64,000 bases of DNA, taken from Staphylococcus phage vB_StaM_PB50. The notes under the pieces were generated by a model. That model did no database searches, had not been told where the DNA came from, and worked only from the letters and a program-made list of their open reading frames with translations. Of this stretch, positions 38,921-47,040 are shown one piece after another. Each line of letters opens with the position of its first letter. The first letter of the stretch is position 1. The position numbers were made by a program, and so were the translations under genes. The stretch is from the sequence record OR770614.1, one strand, 5' to 3'.

Positions 38921-40516
38921 TTAACGAGCGTATACTGAACCGTTGTTGTTTTTGATTGTAATACGACCAATGATCGGAACAAATGATTCAACTGTATATC
39001 TACGAGTCATCATCATGTTAGGAACATTAGGGTTACGAGTATTCAAGTATCCTCCACCATTTACAACGTTGAATGTGTAAGGGTAGAACATGAATGTTTT
39101 ATAGTTGTCTTGTTGAGGAATTGCAATAATAGTCAATTCACCTTGACGAACTAAGTCAGAACCGATAATACGGTAGTTAGCAGTACCTGAAGCAGCACCT
39201 AATGAATAGTTAATTTTGATTCCGTTAGAGTAAGAATCTTCAGTACCACCATTAAATGTCCAAGAAACGTTAGGGATTAAACGAACGTCAACTGGGTTAC
39301 CTACGATAACAAATTGTACATCGTAAAGTTTGTAATCATTTTTCATTGATTGTGTAGTATGGTCAATTACTTCACGTAGACCTTCTAACCAATCTTTAGG
39401 GTGAGCACTGTAATCACTATGTGGATAAACATCGAAGCTGAAGTGATATTTAGCATCAGTTTCTTCGTATTCGTGATCTAAGAATTCAATGATATCTAAG
39501 TCAACTTTTTGACTAGATAATTGAGACATTGTTTCAGATAAACGAGCAACTCCATCGATATCATAAGTAGCTTTCATATCTTGAATTACTTCAAGAGGTA
39601 CTGTAGCCTCGATGTGTTGAGCTGTATCGATAGTGATATCTTTACGATCTAATCCAAGCTCAATGTTAGTAGCTGAAGTATGTTGTTCAGAAGCTACATA
39701 ACCTTTAATTTTAATTGCTTCTAATTTACCAGAAGTTGAAGCTAAAGCTAAAGTACCGTTAGAAACATCAACTTTACCTAATACTGTATCAACAGCAACT
39801 TCACCGTCACCATTTGTAGGGTATTTAACTTCTGCCATTAGAGAGTCATTTTCCATTTTAATAACTTGAGAACCTAATTCAACAAATCCTTTTTCGTTTG
39901 TACGTACATCAAAAGAATCGCTCCATTTAGCTTCTACAACTTTGAATTTACGGTCAACACGATCAATGCCTTTACGAACTTCTTTACCTTCTTTTAAGCC
40001 ATCGAATAAATCGTAAGCTTCAACTTTACCACCAGAAATTGTAACTTCTTCTTTAAGAGGAACTAATCCTACTAAAGTTTCAGGTGTGTTATTAATTGAT
40101 TCAGGTAATGCATGTTTGTTTCCATCAGCATCTACAACGTAAGGTGTTAAGATTGGCACTGTGAATTGTGGTTTATTAGCAACTTGAGTTGGTAAAGCTT
40201 CAGTTAAAGCTAAACGAGCCCAAAGTTTAACTAAGATAGGCATAGATAATGAAGCATAAGGTTGGATAGGTCCCATTGAAGACTCTAATAAGATTTCTTC
40301 ACGAGTATTATCTAACATACTTTCTAAAGAAAGCTGCTCCTCTTCATCAAAACCTTCTAATAATTGATCTTTATAACTTTCAAATACTACGTCATCAGTA
40401 GCAATTGAAGCGAAGTCATTACCAACTGTACTTAATTTGTACTGTTCGTTGATATTTTGTTCGATATCCTCTAAGAGTTTAGAGAATTCATCTTTAATTC
40501 TATTTGCACTCAACAT
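38921..40516 (-). CDS. major capsid protein (T4 gp23-like)
   Basis: 531 aa. 'MGPIQPYASLSMPILVKLWARLALTEALPTQVANKPQFTVPIL' parallels the T4 gp23 'IGPAVMGMVRRAIPNLIAFDICGVQPMNSPTGQVFALRAV' region. Lies downstream of acidic scaffold and prohead-protease-like genes, and is followed by a strong terminator. Confidence 0.6.
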   Translation of the reverse strand: MLSANRIKDEFSKLLEDIEQNINEQYKLSTVGNDFASIATDDVVFESYKDQLLEGFDEEEQLSLESMLDNTREEILLESSMGPIQPYASLSMPILVKLWARLALTEALPTQVANKPQFTVPILTPYVVDADGNKHALPESINNTPETLVGLVPLKEEVTISGGKVEAYDLFDGLKEGKEVRKGIDRVDRKFKVVEAKWSDSFDVRTNEKGFVELGSQVIKMENDSLMAEVKYPTNGDGEVAVDTVLGKVDVSNGTLALASTSGKLEAIKIKGYVASEQHTSATNIELGLDRKDITIDTAQHIEATVPLEVIQDMKATYDIDGVARLSETMSQLSSQKVDLDIIEFLDHEYEETDAKYHFSFDVYPHSDYSAHPKDWLEGLREVIDHTTQSMKNDYKLYDVQFVIVGNPVDVRLIPNVSWTFNGGTEDSYSNGIKINYSLGAASGTANYRIIGSDLVRQGELTIIAIPQQDNYKTFMFYPYTFNVVNGGGYLNTRNPNVPNMMMTRRYTVESFVPIIGRITIKNNNGSVYAR

Positions 40517-40700
40517 AATTTTTTCTGCTCCTTTTCAAATATATTAGCGTGTAGTTTTATATTATTAATTTTATTATATAAATTTGTTAAGAAATAAAAT
40601 AACCATTATATTCAAGGGTATTTTTACTTTCATATGTTATTGTTATTAAATTTAAAAAGAATAATAAAACTATTATTAAAAGTAATTAAATTCATTTATT

Positions 40701-41390
40701 TTACTTTTTACTACGCTTTTTTGTACTTTCTAACTTATTGTATTCTTTTAAATAATTGTCAAATATTTCTTTGTAAGTATTTTCAAATTTTTTATATAAC
40801 TTCTCAGATTTATCTACATCGACAATATTTATAAATTTATTGTTAAATAAATTTATATTATCTTTAAGTTGATCAAGAGATTTTGTAGTTAATTCAGTTA
40901 TATCAAACATATCTTTTCTCTCTGAATCTGAAAAATTATCCATATTTCTATCATTGATAATGTAATTAAATTTGTCCATTACATCTTTTAATTCAATTAA
41001 TTTATTAAATATTTGTAATTTTAAAAACTTATCTGAATTACTTTCTTTGGGTTCTTCAGGTGTTTCTTCTGGAGTTTCTTCAGGTGTTTCTTCTGGATTA
41101 TCTGTGTCAGTTTCTTCAGCTTCAGGTTGTTCAGGATCACTATCTAATTCATCTTCATTTTCTTCTTGATCTTCTGTAGAATCATCACTAGAATCATCAT
41201 TAGAATTATCTTCTTCAGTTTCTTCGTTATTCTCTTCTTCTGATGAAGTTGATTCAGTATCATCTAATGAATTCTGATCTTGATTATCTTCATCACCTTC
41301 AGCTTCATTAAGAATATTTTGTTTCATTAGTTTATTTATTGATTCAGTTAGTAAATCTCTATTAATATCCATAGTCATTACCACTGTCAT
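40701..41390 (-). CDS. putative scaffolding/prohead core protein (highly acidic, 'EETPEETPEETPEE' repeats)
   Basis: 229 aa, extreme D/E content with short tandem peptide repeats. Immediately upstream of the capsid gene. Confidence 0.45.
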   Translation of the reverse strand: MTVVMTMDINRDLLTESINKLMKQNILNEAEGDEDNQDQNSLDDTESTSSEEENNEETEEDNSNDDSSDDSTEDQEENEDELDSDPEQPEAEETDTDNPEETPEETPEETPEEPKESNSDKFLKLQIFNKLIELKDVMDKFNYIINDRNMDNFSDSERKDMFDITELTTKSLDQLKDNINLFNNKFINIVDVDKSEKLYKKFENTYKEIFDNYLKEYNKLESTKKRSKK

Positions 41391-42399
41391 TTACATCTCC
41401 ACGAGAGATAGCATTTTTAGTTTTATCTATAGCTTTCTTTTGGAAATTTGCTTTTTTCAATTGACCTTCTAAGTCTGATTTTAATATTCTTAATTCTTTT
41501 CTCTTTTGTTCATTATCAGTTGAATCGATTTTATTTTCTAATGATTGAATTCTTTCTTCTAGTACAATAATTAATCTATTAAGTTCACTATTTTTAGTAC
41601 TATTATACACAATAGCAACCAATAATCCTAATAAAGCAGTTTTAGCTTTACCAATAACACCAGCACTTACTTCTAATCCAATACAGAAGATTATTGCTGT
41701 TAAAATAGCTCTTACAAAACGAATTCTATTTGCTTTAGCTAATTGTTTGTCATCCATATTTTTAGATGAAGCAGTAGCTTTCTTAACAGAACCAATTAAT
41801 TTATTTAAATTCTTTTCAGCAACTTTAGGTTCTTTAGAGGTTTCAAAGCTACTATCAAGACCATCAAGATAATCTTCATCATCGTCATCATCATAAGCTT
41901 CATTAAGATAATTCATACTACCTTCCATTAAGAAGTTAATAACAGCTTTTCTTTCTAATTTAGAACCAGCAGGACTTTCAGCTAAAGCTACAGTTAATTG
42001 TTTAAAATTAAATTCTACACTTTTATTTGAACTAAAATCTTCTTTATATAAACTATCAATATAACCATTATTAGGAATACGATTATTAATATAAAGTGTA
42101 TTATATCTATCTTTAAGAGTTTCTATTTTATGAAGAACCATATTTATTGCCATTTCAGATTGTTCATTTTCAATTTCGTATCTTTCTAATGAATCTTTAA
42201 TACCTACTAGATATTTTACAATTTTTCTAATTTGATCATTCGTAAAACTATCAATATTAGCATACTTCTCAATATCAACTAAATAATCATAAGCTTCATT
42301 AGGAAAAGAATTTTCATCCGTTTGTTCTTTAATATTAAGTAATATATCTTTTACTTCTTCAAAACTTTTCAAAGATTTTCCTCCTATCATATATTTCAT
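41362..42399 (-). CDS. hypothetical protein with hydrophobic segment and coiled coil (possible prohead core/membrane protein)
   Basis: 345 aa. 'RFVRAILTAIIFCIGLEVSAGVIGKAKTALLGLLVAIVY' hydrophobic region. Acidic 'DDDDDEDYLDGLD'. Confidence 0.4.
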   Translation of the reverse strand: MKYMIGGKSLKSFEEVKDILLNIKEQTDENSFPNEAYDYLVDIEKYANIDSFTNDQIRKIVKYLVGIKDSLERYEIENEQSEMAINMVLHKIETLKDRYNTLYINNRIPNNGYIDSLYKEDFSSNKSVEFNFKQLTVALAESPAGSKLERKAVINFLMEGSMNYLNEAYDDDDDEDYLDGLDSSFETSKEPKVAEKNLNKLIGSVKKATASSKNMDDKQLAKANRIRFVRAILTAIIFCIGLEVSAGVIGKAKTALLGLLVAIVYNSTKNSELNRLIIVLEERIQSLENKIDSTDNEQKRKELRILKSDLEGQLKKANFQKKAIDKTKNAISRGDVNDSGNDYGY

Positions 42400-42486
42400 T
42401 AATCTAATAAAAGATTGTTAAATTCAGAAGAATAACATAGAAATATTCTTAATTTACAATCAAAATTTGAAAGGAAGTATAAATAG

Positions 42487-42712
42487 ATGTCTAAAGATAT
42501 TAAAGCTTACATTATTAATGAATCTAATACAACTTCTCAACCAGAAGTAGTTCAAGATAATAACAAATCAGTTAGATTCATTGCTGAATTACAAGAAGCT
42601 GATAGACAAAACCGTAATGGTCGTGTTTATCGTAAAGATGTTATACAAAGTGGATTAGATAGTCCAGTAGTACAAGAAAAATTAGCAAGAAGAACTTTTT
42701 ATGGTGAGTTTT
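42487..42712 (+). CDS. putative prohead protease (T4 gp21-like), exon 1
   Basis: '...NRNGRVYRKDVIQSGLDSPVVQEKLARRTFYGEF' then the ORF stops. Exon ends in U before the intron start 'aggttaaaatggctcacg'. The family assignment is tentative. Confidence 0.5.
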
Positions 42713-42873
42713 AGGTTAAAATGGCTCACGTTAAATTATATTAATTGCTGAAATCTTATTTAAAGTAATCAGCATCAACTTAATACAAGTTGTTCAACGA
42801 CTAAATATATAACTTAATTTAATTAAGAAGATATAGTCTAATCTATATAAAATATAAATATAGATAATATAAG
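42713..42873 (+). mobile_element. mini group I intron (ORF-less, ~161 nt)
   Basis: Plus-strand P 'aattgctgaaatc' (42742-42755), Q 'aatcagcatc' (42767-42776), R 'gttcaacgactaaa' (42792-42805), S 'agatatagtctaatc', P9 'ctatataaaatataaatatag', end 'ataatataag|'. Confidence 0.7.
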
Positions 42874-43139
42874 CAGGTCATCCTTTAAGTGATGAACCTA
42901 AACGTCAAATGTATATTGATCAACGTAATATTTCTCATATTATCACTAGAACTTGGTGGAATGGTAATAAATTAATGGGAGAAGTAGAAACAGCTCAAAC
43001 AGCAGCTGGTAAAGATATGAAAGGTTTAATTGGACAAAAGTCTGATGTATCCTTCTCAATGCGTGGTTTTAGTAAAATAGAAAGAAAACCTAATGGTGAA
43101 GTAGAAGTTACTAAACCTTTAAGATTAATCTGTTACGAT
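42874..43139 (+). CDS. putative prohead protease, exon 2
   Basis: Reads 'S|GHPLSDEPKRQMYIDQRNISHIITRTWWNGNKLMGEVETAQTAAGKDMKGLIGQKSDVSFSMRGFSKIERKPNGEVEVTKPLRLICYD'. An in-frame stop 3 nt upstream of 'AGHP' requires splicing. Confidence 0.5.
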
Positions 43140-43319
43140 AAATAACTCTGTCGCTTCTTAAAGCAATTTAAGTCGAATAATATTATTAATTGCTGAAAAG
43201 AATTCATTAAATTAATCAGCATCCTCAAAAAGAGGTTCAACGACTAAATATAATATACTTAATTTATTAAGTAATGATATAGTCTAGTCTATATGAAATT
43301 CATATAGTTAATATAAACG
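43140..43319 (+). mobile_element. mini group I intron (ORF-less, ~180 nt)
   Basis: P 'attaattgctgaaaag' (43185-43200), Q 'aatcagcatc' (43214-43223), R 'gttcaacgactaaa' (43236-43249), S 'gatatagtctag' (43276-43287), P9 'ctatatgaaattcatatag', end 'ttaatataaacg|tggg'. Confidence 0.7.
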
Positions 43320-43673
43320 TGGGTAGTAATTCCATCACATCAAGATTCTTATATCCAAAATATAATTTCAGAGAATCATAATAATTACAATACTAGTGAT
43401 TTACAAATGGTTAATGAATCAATTGATATGTTTTCTAACGGTAAAGTTACAGAATTTTCTCCTAGAGAAGTTTTAACTTATATTAAAGAAAATTCAGACA
43501 ATATCAAATATATCGCTGAAGATATGGGATTTGATAAAGCTGATGAATCTAATATCATTTACGATAAAGGATCTCAATTAGCTTCAATTAAAGAAAGTAA
43601 TAAAACTATTAAAGTTTTCTTAGAAGAATCTGTTCTTAATGGACTTGATGATTTCTATAGAAACTTTAAATAA
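43320..43673 (+). CDS. putative prohead protease, exon 3
   Basis: In-frame extension upstream of the listed Met ('WVVIPSHQDSYIQNIISENHNNYNTSDLQ|MVNESIDMF...'). A stop codon sits at 43314-43316 inside the intron. Confidence 0.5.
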   Translation, partial: WVVIPSHQDSYIQNIISENHNNYNTSDLQMVNESIDMFSNGKVTEFSPREVLTYIKENSDNIKYIAEDMGFDKADESNIIYDKGSQLASIKESNKTIKVFLEESVLNGLDDFYRNFK

Positions 43674-43696
43674 TATGTATGGAAGTGATATAGTTT

Positions 43697-44410
43697 ATGA
43701 TAACTAATACAGAAGTACTTAATTATATAGAACGTGATACAGGATTTCTGTTTAATGAGTTAGAACTAAATCCTGATGAGATTATTAAAACAGTAGAAAG
43801 ATTTACAATTCCTACTTTTAGTAAATTTCATCCTAAACAAGAAAGAATAATAGTAAAGCCTGAAGATAAAGTAGAAGGAACTCAGAATGTTTATTATATT
43901 GATTCACCAAATCCAATAGTTAATATTAATAGAGTGATTGGTGCTAATAACAATATTTCTAATTTAACTGGGTATGCTGGTAGTATGAGTCCTTATGCAG
44001 GTTTTATGATGGGCTCACCTATTGACTCTCAAATGATGGCAGATTTAATGGCTATTAATTTAAATCCATCTACATTTAGATATCTTCATCCTAATAAAAT
44101 AGAGATAATGAATGGATCTGTTATGAGTACAACTAATCTATTAATAATTGCAAATACTTATCATGATAAACATTTTGGTTCAATACCAAATAATATGCAT
44201 GATTACTTTTTAGAATTAGCTTCATATGATGTTCAAATGTCATTATACTCTATGAGAGGTAGATTTCAAAATTTACAAACTACTTTTGGTGAATTAAATC
44301 TAAATATGGATGATTTAAGAGATGCTAGAGAAAAAAGAAGAGAATTAGTTGAAAAAATGGAAAATAACTCTATTTATAATTCTAATAGAAAAAAATTATT
44401 TTTCGGATAA
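43697..44410 (+). CDS. hypothetical protein
   Basis: 237-aa ORF, 23 nt after the previous gene. Followed by a terminator hairpin. Confidence 0.5.
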   Translation: MITNTEVLNYIERDTGFLFNELELNPDEIIKTVERFTIPTFSKFHPKQERIIVKPEDKVEGTQNVYYIDSPNPIVNINRVIGANNNISNLTGYAGSMSPYAGFMMGSPIDSQMMADLMAINLNPSTFRYLHPNKIEIMNGSVMSTTNLLIIANTYHDKHFGSIPNNMHDYFLELASYDVQMSLYSMRGRFQNLQTTFGELNLNMDDLRDAREKRRELVEKMENNSIYNSNRKKLFFG

Positions 44411-44411
44411 T

Positions 44412-44456
44412 AAAATCCCAATACCTATTAATTTAGGTATTGGGATATATTTTTAG
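44412..44456 (+). terminator. rho-independent terminator
   Basis: Hairpin 'cccaatacctattaatttaggtattggg' followed by 'atatattttt'. Confidence 0.55.
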
Positions 44457-44608
44457 GATAAGGGAGTAATGGATATGGATAAAATTAAAGAACTTTGTAT
44501 AAGTAATTTCATTATAACTATACGCTAATTTATTACTTAAAAAGGAATAAATTATAGAAAAATAAATTTCTATAAAAATTTGTTACAATACTAATTTATA
44601 TCATAAAT

Positions 44609-45193
44609 TTATTTCATTACATTATACATATTAAATTGATTTTTTAATCTTTGCTTATCAAATTTAATCATTGATTTAGTTTCAAAACGGTTTGTATTAA
44701 GTTTATCAATATAATCATCTGAATATATTTCATCTATTAATTTTATTTCATGAAAACTAAGTCTATGTCTTTTAGCTAAAGGAATTAATAATTTATCAGA
44801 TAAATGTTTAAACATTCTAGTTTCAGGATTATATAAACTAAAATCATCAGATATAGCTATTAGAATACTATTTCTATATTTTTGAGGTATGATACCTTTA
44901 TCTGCTAATTCTTGTAAATAATAACTAGGTTTATAATCTGATAGTGCTTCTATAACTACATAATCCTTGTCTATCAATTCAACGAAATAATGCATAGGTA
45001 AAGCTCTTATATTAGCATGTCTGATTAAATAATTCTGAACTTTACCCCAAGAATATTTGTAAGATCCCTTTAATATATTTCTGTCATCAAATTTATTTTC
45101 TTTAAGTATTAAATTATTCATATGTGTAATAACTACATGGGTTTGAAATGTATTACTTCTTCTACGTCTATCTTGTTTTATATCATAATACAA
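44609..45193 (-). CDS. hypothetical protein, weak amidase_2/PGRP-like resemblance
   Basis: 194 aa, TTG start. 'THVVITHMNN', 'MHYFVE...DYVVIEA', 'NSILIAISD' loosely parallel T7-lysozyme-type amidase blocks. Not convincing without a profile search. Confidence 0.35.
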   Translation of the reverse strand: MYYDIKQDRRRRSNTFQTHVVITHMNNLILKENKFDDRNILKGSYKYSWGKVQNYLIRHANIRALPMHYFVELIDKDYVVIEALSDYKPSYYLQELADKGIIPQKYRNSILIAISDDFSLYNPETRMFKHLSDKLLIPLAKRHRLSFHEIKLIDEIYSDDYIDKLNTNRFETKSMIKFDKQRLKNQFNMYNVMK

Positions 45194-45217
45194 TCTTTAT
45201 TTCACTTCTTTCTAAAA

Positions 45218-45886
45218 TTAGCAATAACTAATTGAATTATATTTCTCTATCAATTTATTAAATGTAATAGGACCAACGTCTCCATCTTGTTTAAGATTAT
45301 TATCACTCTGAAACTGTAATAAAGAACTTAACATAGTTCTATCAAATACATAGTTTTCACTATCGTATTTATTAGCAGAATACCCCAAACCTGTCAGTGC
45401 GATACCTACTGTATTAACATCATTACCTTTCATGTTATCTTCTCTATACATTAATAATCTGTAATAACTTCCTTTAAGATTTCTATTATTTGAAATAATT
45501 GGTTCTTCAGGTTTATATTTTCTAGGTAAATGCATATCATAGTAATAAGGAAATTTAGGATTACCATTATGGAATTTAAGTATAACTTTATCATAAAGGT
45601 TAGGTTTTCTTAAAGGTTTATCTAAATCATTATCCATTAATGGTTGACAAATTAAATAATTACCTATGTCTACTTGACTTCTTATATCTAAATCTTCTAC
45701 GTTTATTATATTATTAATATTTAGGTTTCTTTTGATATTTCTTGGGGAATCCTGCAATTCAGTCATAATAAGTTCATACACAAATAGCTTTACTTCATAC
45801 TTTTTATCAAAATCTGCATTATCTATAACTACAGCTTCGAAGTCTCGACCAAAATCGAATTCTTTAAACGATTCTTTATATTGCAT
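45218..45886 (-). CDS. protein with C-terminal peptidoglycan-binding domain (PG_binding_1-like)
   Basis: C-terminal 'TMLSSLLQFQSDNNLKQDGDVGPITFNKLIEKY' fits the PG_binding_1 repeat (L..LQ..L...DG.FG..T..AL). Function of the N-terminal 150 aa is unknown. Confidence 0.5.
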   Translation of the reverse strand: MQYKESFKEFDFGRDFEAVVIDNADFDKKYEVKLFVYELIMTELQDSPRNIKRNLNINNIINVEDLDIRSQVDIGNYLICQPLMDNDLDKPLRKPNLYDKVILKFHNGNPKFPYYYDMHLPRKYKPEEPIISNNRNLKGSYYRLLMYREDNMKGNDVNTVGIALTGLGYSANKYDSENYVFDRTMLSSLLQFQSDNNLKQDGDVGPITFNKLIEKYNSISYC

Positions 45887-45905
45887 GTGCTTTATGAGCT
45901 CCTTT

Positions 45906-46160
45906 CTATTTATAATGCATCGAGGGGGAAATGTCTTGTTACAGTTAGTCTTACTATGCCTCTTTATTTATTTTTTGATTTTTAGTTTTCCACTGATTTT
46001 AGGTTATTTTAGAATTACTAAACAGTTGAATTCTTTAAGAGAAAAATTAACAAAAATAGAAAAGGAAACAAATAATCAAAGAAATTTAATTTTCAGATTA
46101 TCTAAGTTTAATGAAGCTCTTTTAGAAGAAATAAAAGAACAAGAAAAAGATAGGCAATAA
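45906..46160 (+). CDS. hypothetical small membrane/coiled-coil protein
   Basis: ORF trimmed to the internal ATG at 45906. 'LLQLVLLCLFIYFLIFSFPLILGYF' TM helix then coiled coil. Embedded between two minus-strand genes. Weak. Confidence 0.3.
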   Translation, partial: LFIMHRGGNVLLQLVLLCLFIYFLIFSFPLILGYFRITKQLNSLREKLTKIEKETNNQRNLIFRLSKFNEALLEEIKEQEKDRQ

Positions 46161-46162
46161 AA

Positions 46163-46197
46163 ATCCACAACGATAATAAAATATCGTTGTGGGAATT
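46163..46197 (-). terminator. rho-independent terminator for the minus-strand gene ending at 46204
   Basis: Hairpin 'ccacaacgata...tatcgttgtgg' followed on the minus strand by 'ggattttt'. Confidence 0.45.
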
Positions 46198-46203
46198 ATT
46201 GCA

Positions 46204-47040
46204 CTAAATATAAATAATATATTCTATATCTAAACCATCAGATAGATTCTTTAATGAACGACTATCAAATGTTAAACGTGTAGCTAATTCAGTTCCATCA
46301 AATTTATTAGTATCTTCATTATATTTAGCTAACCAAAGACCTAACTCATTAATAATACTTCCTCTACATTCATCTGGTTCTACAGACATTTTTAATGAAA
46401 ATGCAACTGAACCATCTTCATTATCAATAATAAATCCTTTTGATTCACCTAAAGGTTTATCTTTTGTAGCATTAGTAAATCTTTTACCGTAAAAACTAGT
46501 AGTGCCATCTTGTTTATCTTCTGATAAATAATATTTTTTCTTTTGTTGTTCTGATAATTCTTCTACCATACTAGGATTATTTGCAGTTAAATCCGAATTC
46601 TCTTTATCGGGATTTTCTACTACAAAAGGAACAGGACGGTTTAATTTTTGATCTGAGAATTTTACAGTGTATGGAGTAAATGCAGAGTTATTTACATCAG
46701 CTCCACCTGAACCTACTGAAAATAAGCATATTGTTCTTCCTTCAGTTTCATCACCATTATAATTAGACGGTATACCTTGACCGAATAGTTTTTCTAAAAT
46801 CCAAACTCTAGTTCTCATTAAAACTAAATTTTCTTCTTGATGAATTAACTCACCTGTTTTAGGATTTGTAAATTTAACAATACCCTTAATATAATTATTT
46901 AAATTTTCTTTAAAACCAGATTTTACATTTATAGAATTTGAATCTCTTGTTTCAACTCTAGAACTTATATCATCTATTTGATCTTGTTCCATAGCTCCAT
47001 TTTCAACTAATTTACGTGAAAAACGTTCAAAATTGAACAT
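46204..47040 (-). CDS. hypothetical protein (probable virion/morphogenesis)
   Basis: 278-aa ORF. Its start overlaps the stop of the upstream 854-aa gene at 47040 (translational coupling). Confidence 0.5.
   Translation of the reverse strand: MFNFERFSRKLVENGAMEQDQIDDISSRVETRDSNSINVKSGFKENLNNYIKGIVKFTNPKTGELIHQEENLVLMRTRVWILEKLFGQGIPSNYNGDETEGRTICLFSVGSGGADVNNSAFTPYTVKFSDQKLNRPVPFVVENPDKENSDLTANNPSMVEELSEQQKKKYYLSEDKQDGTTSFYGKRFTNATKDKPLGESKGFIIDNEDGSVAFSLKMSVEPDECRGSIINELGLWLAKYNEDTNKFDGTELATRLTFDSRSLKNLSDGLDIEYIIYI

Noticed and set aside
45732-45905. 5' extension of the plus-strand ORF 45732-46160 overlapping the minus-strand gene 45218-45886.
   Set aside because: The extension is antisense to a better-supported gene. 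Only the part downstream of the internal ATG at 45906 lies in intergenic space, so the ORF was trimmed.
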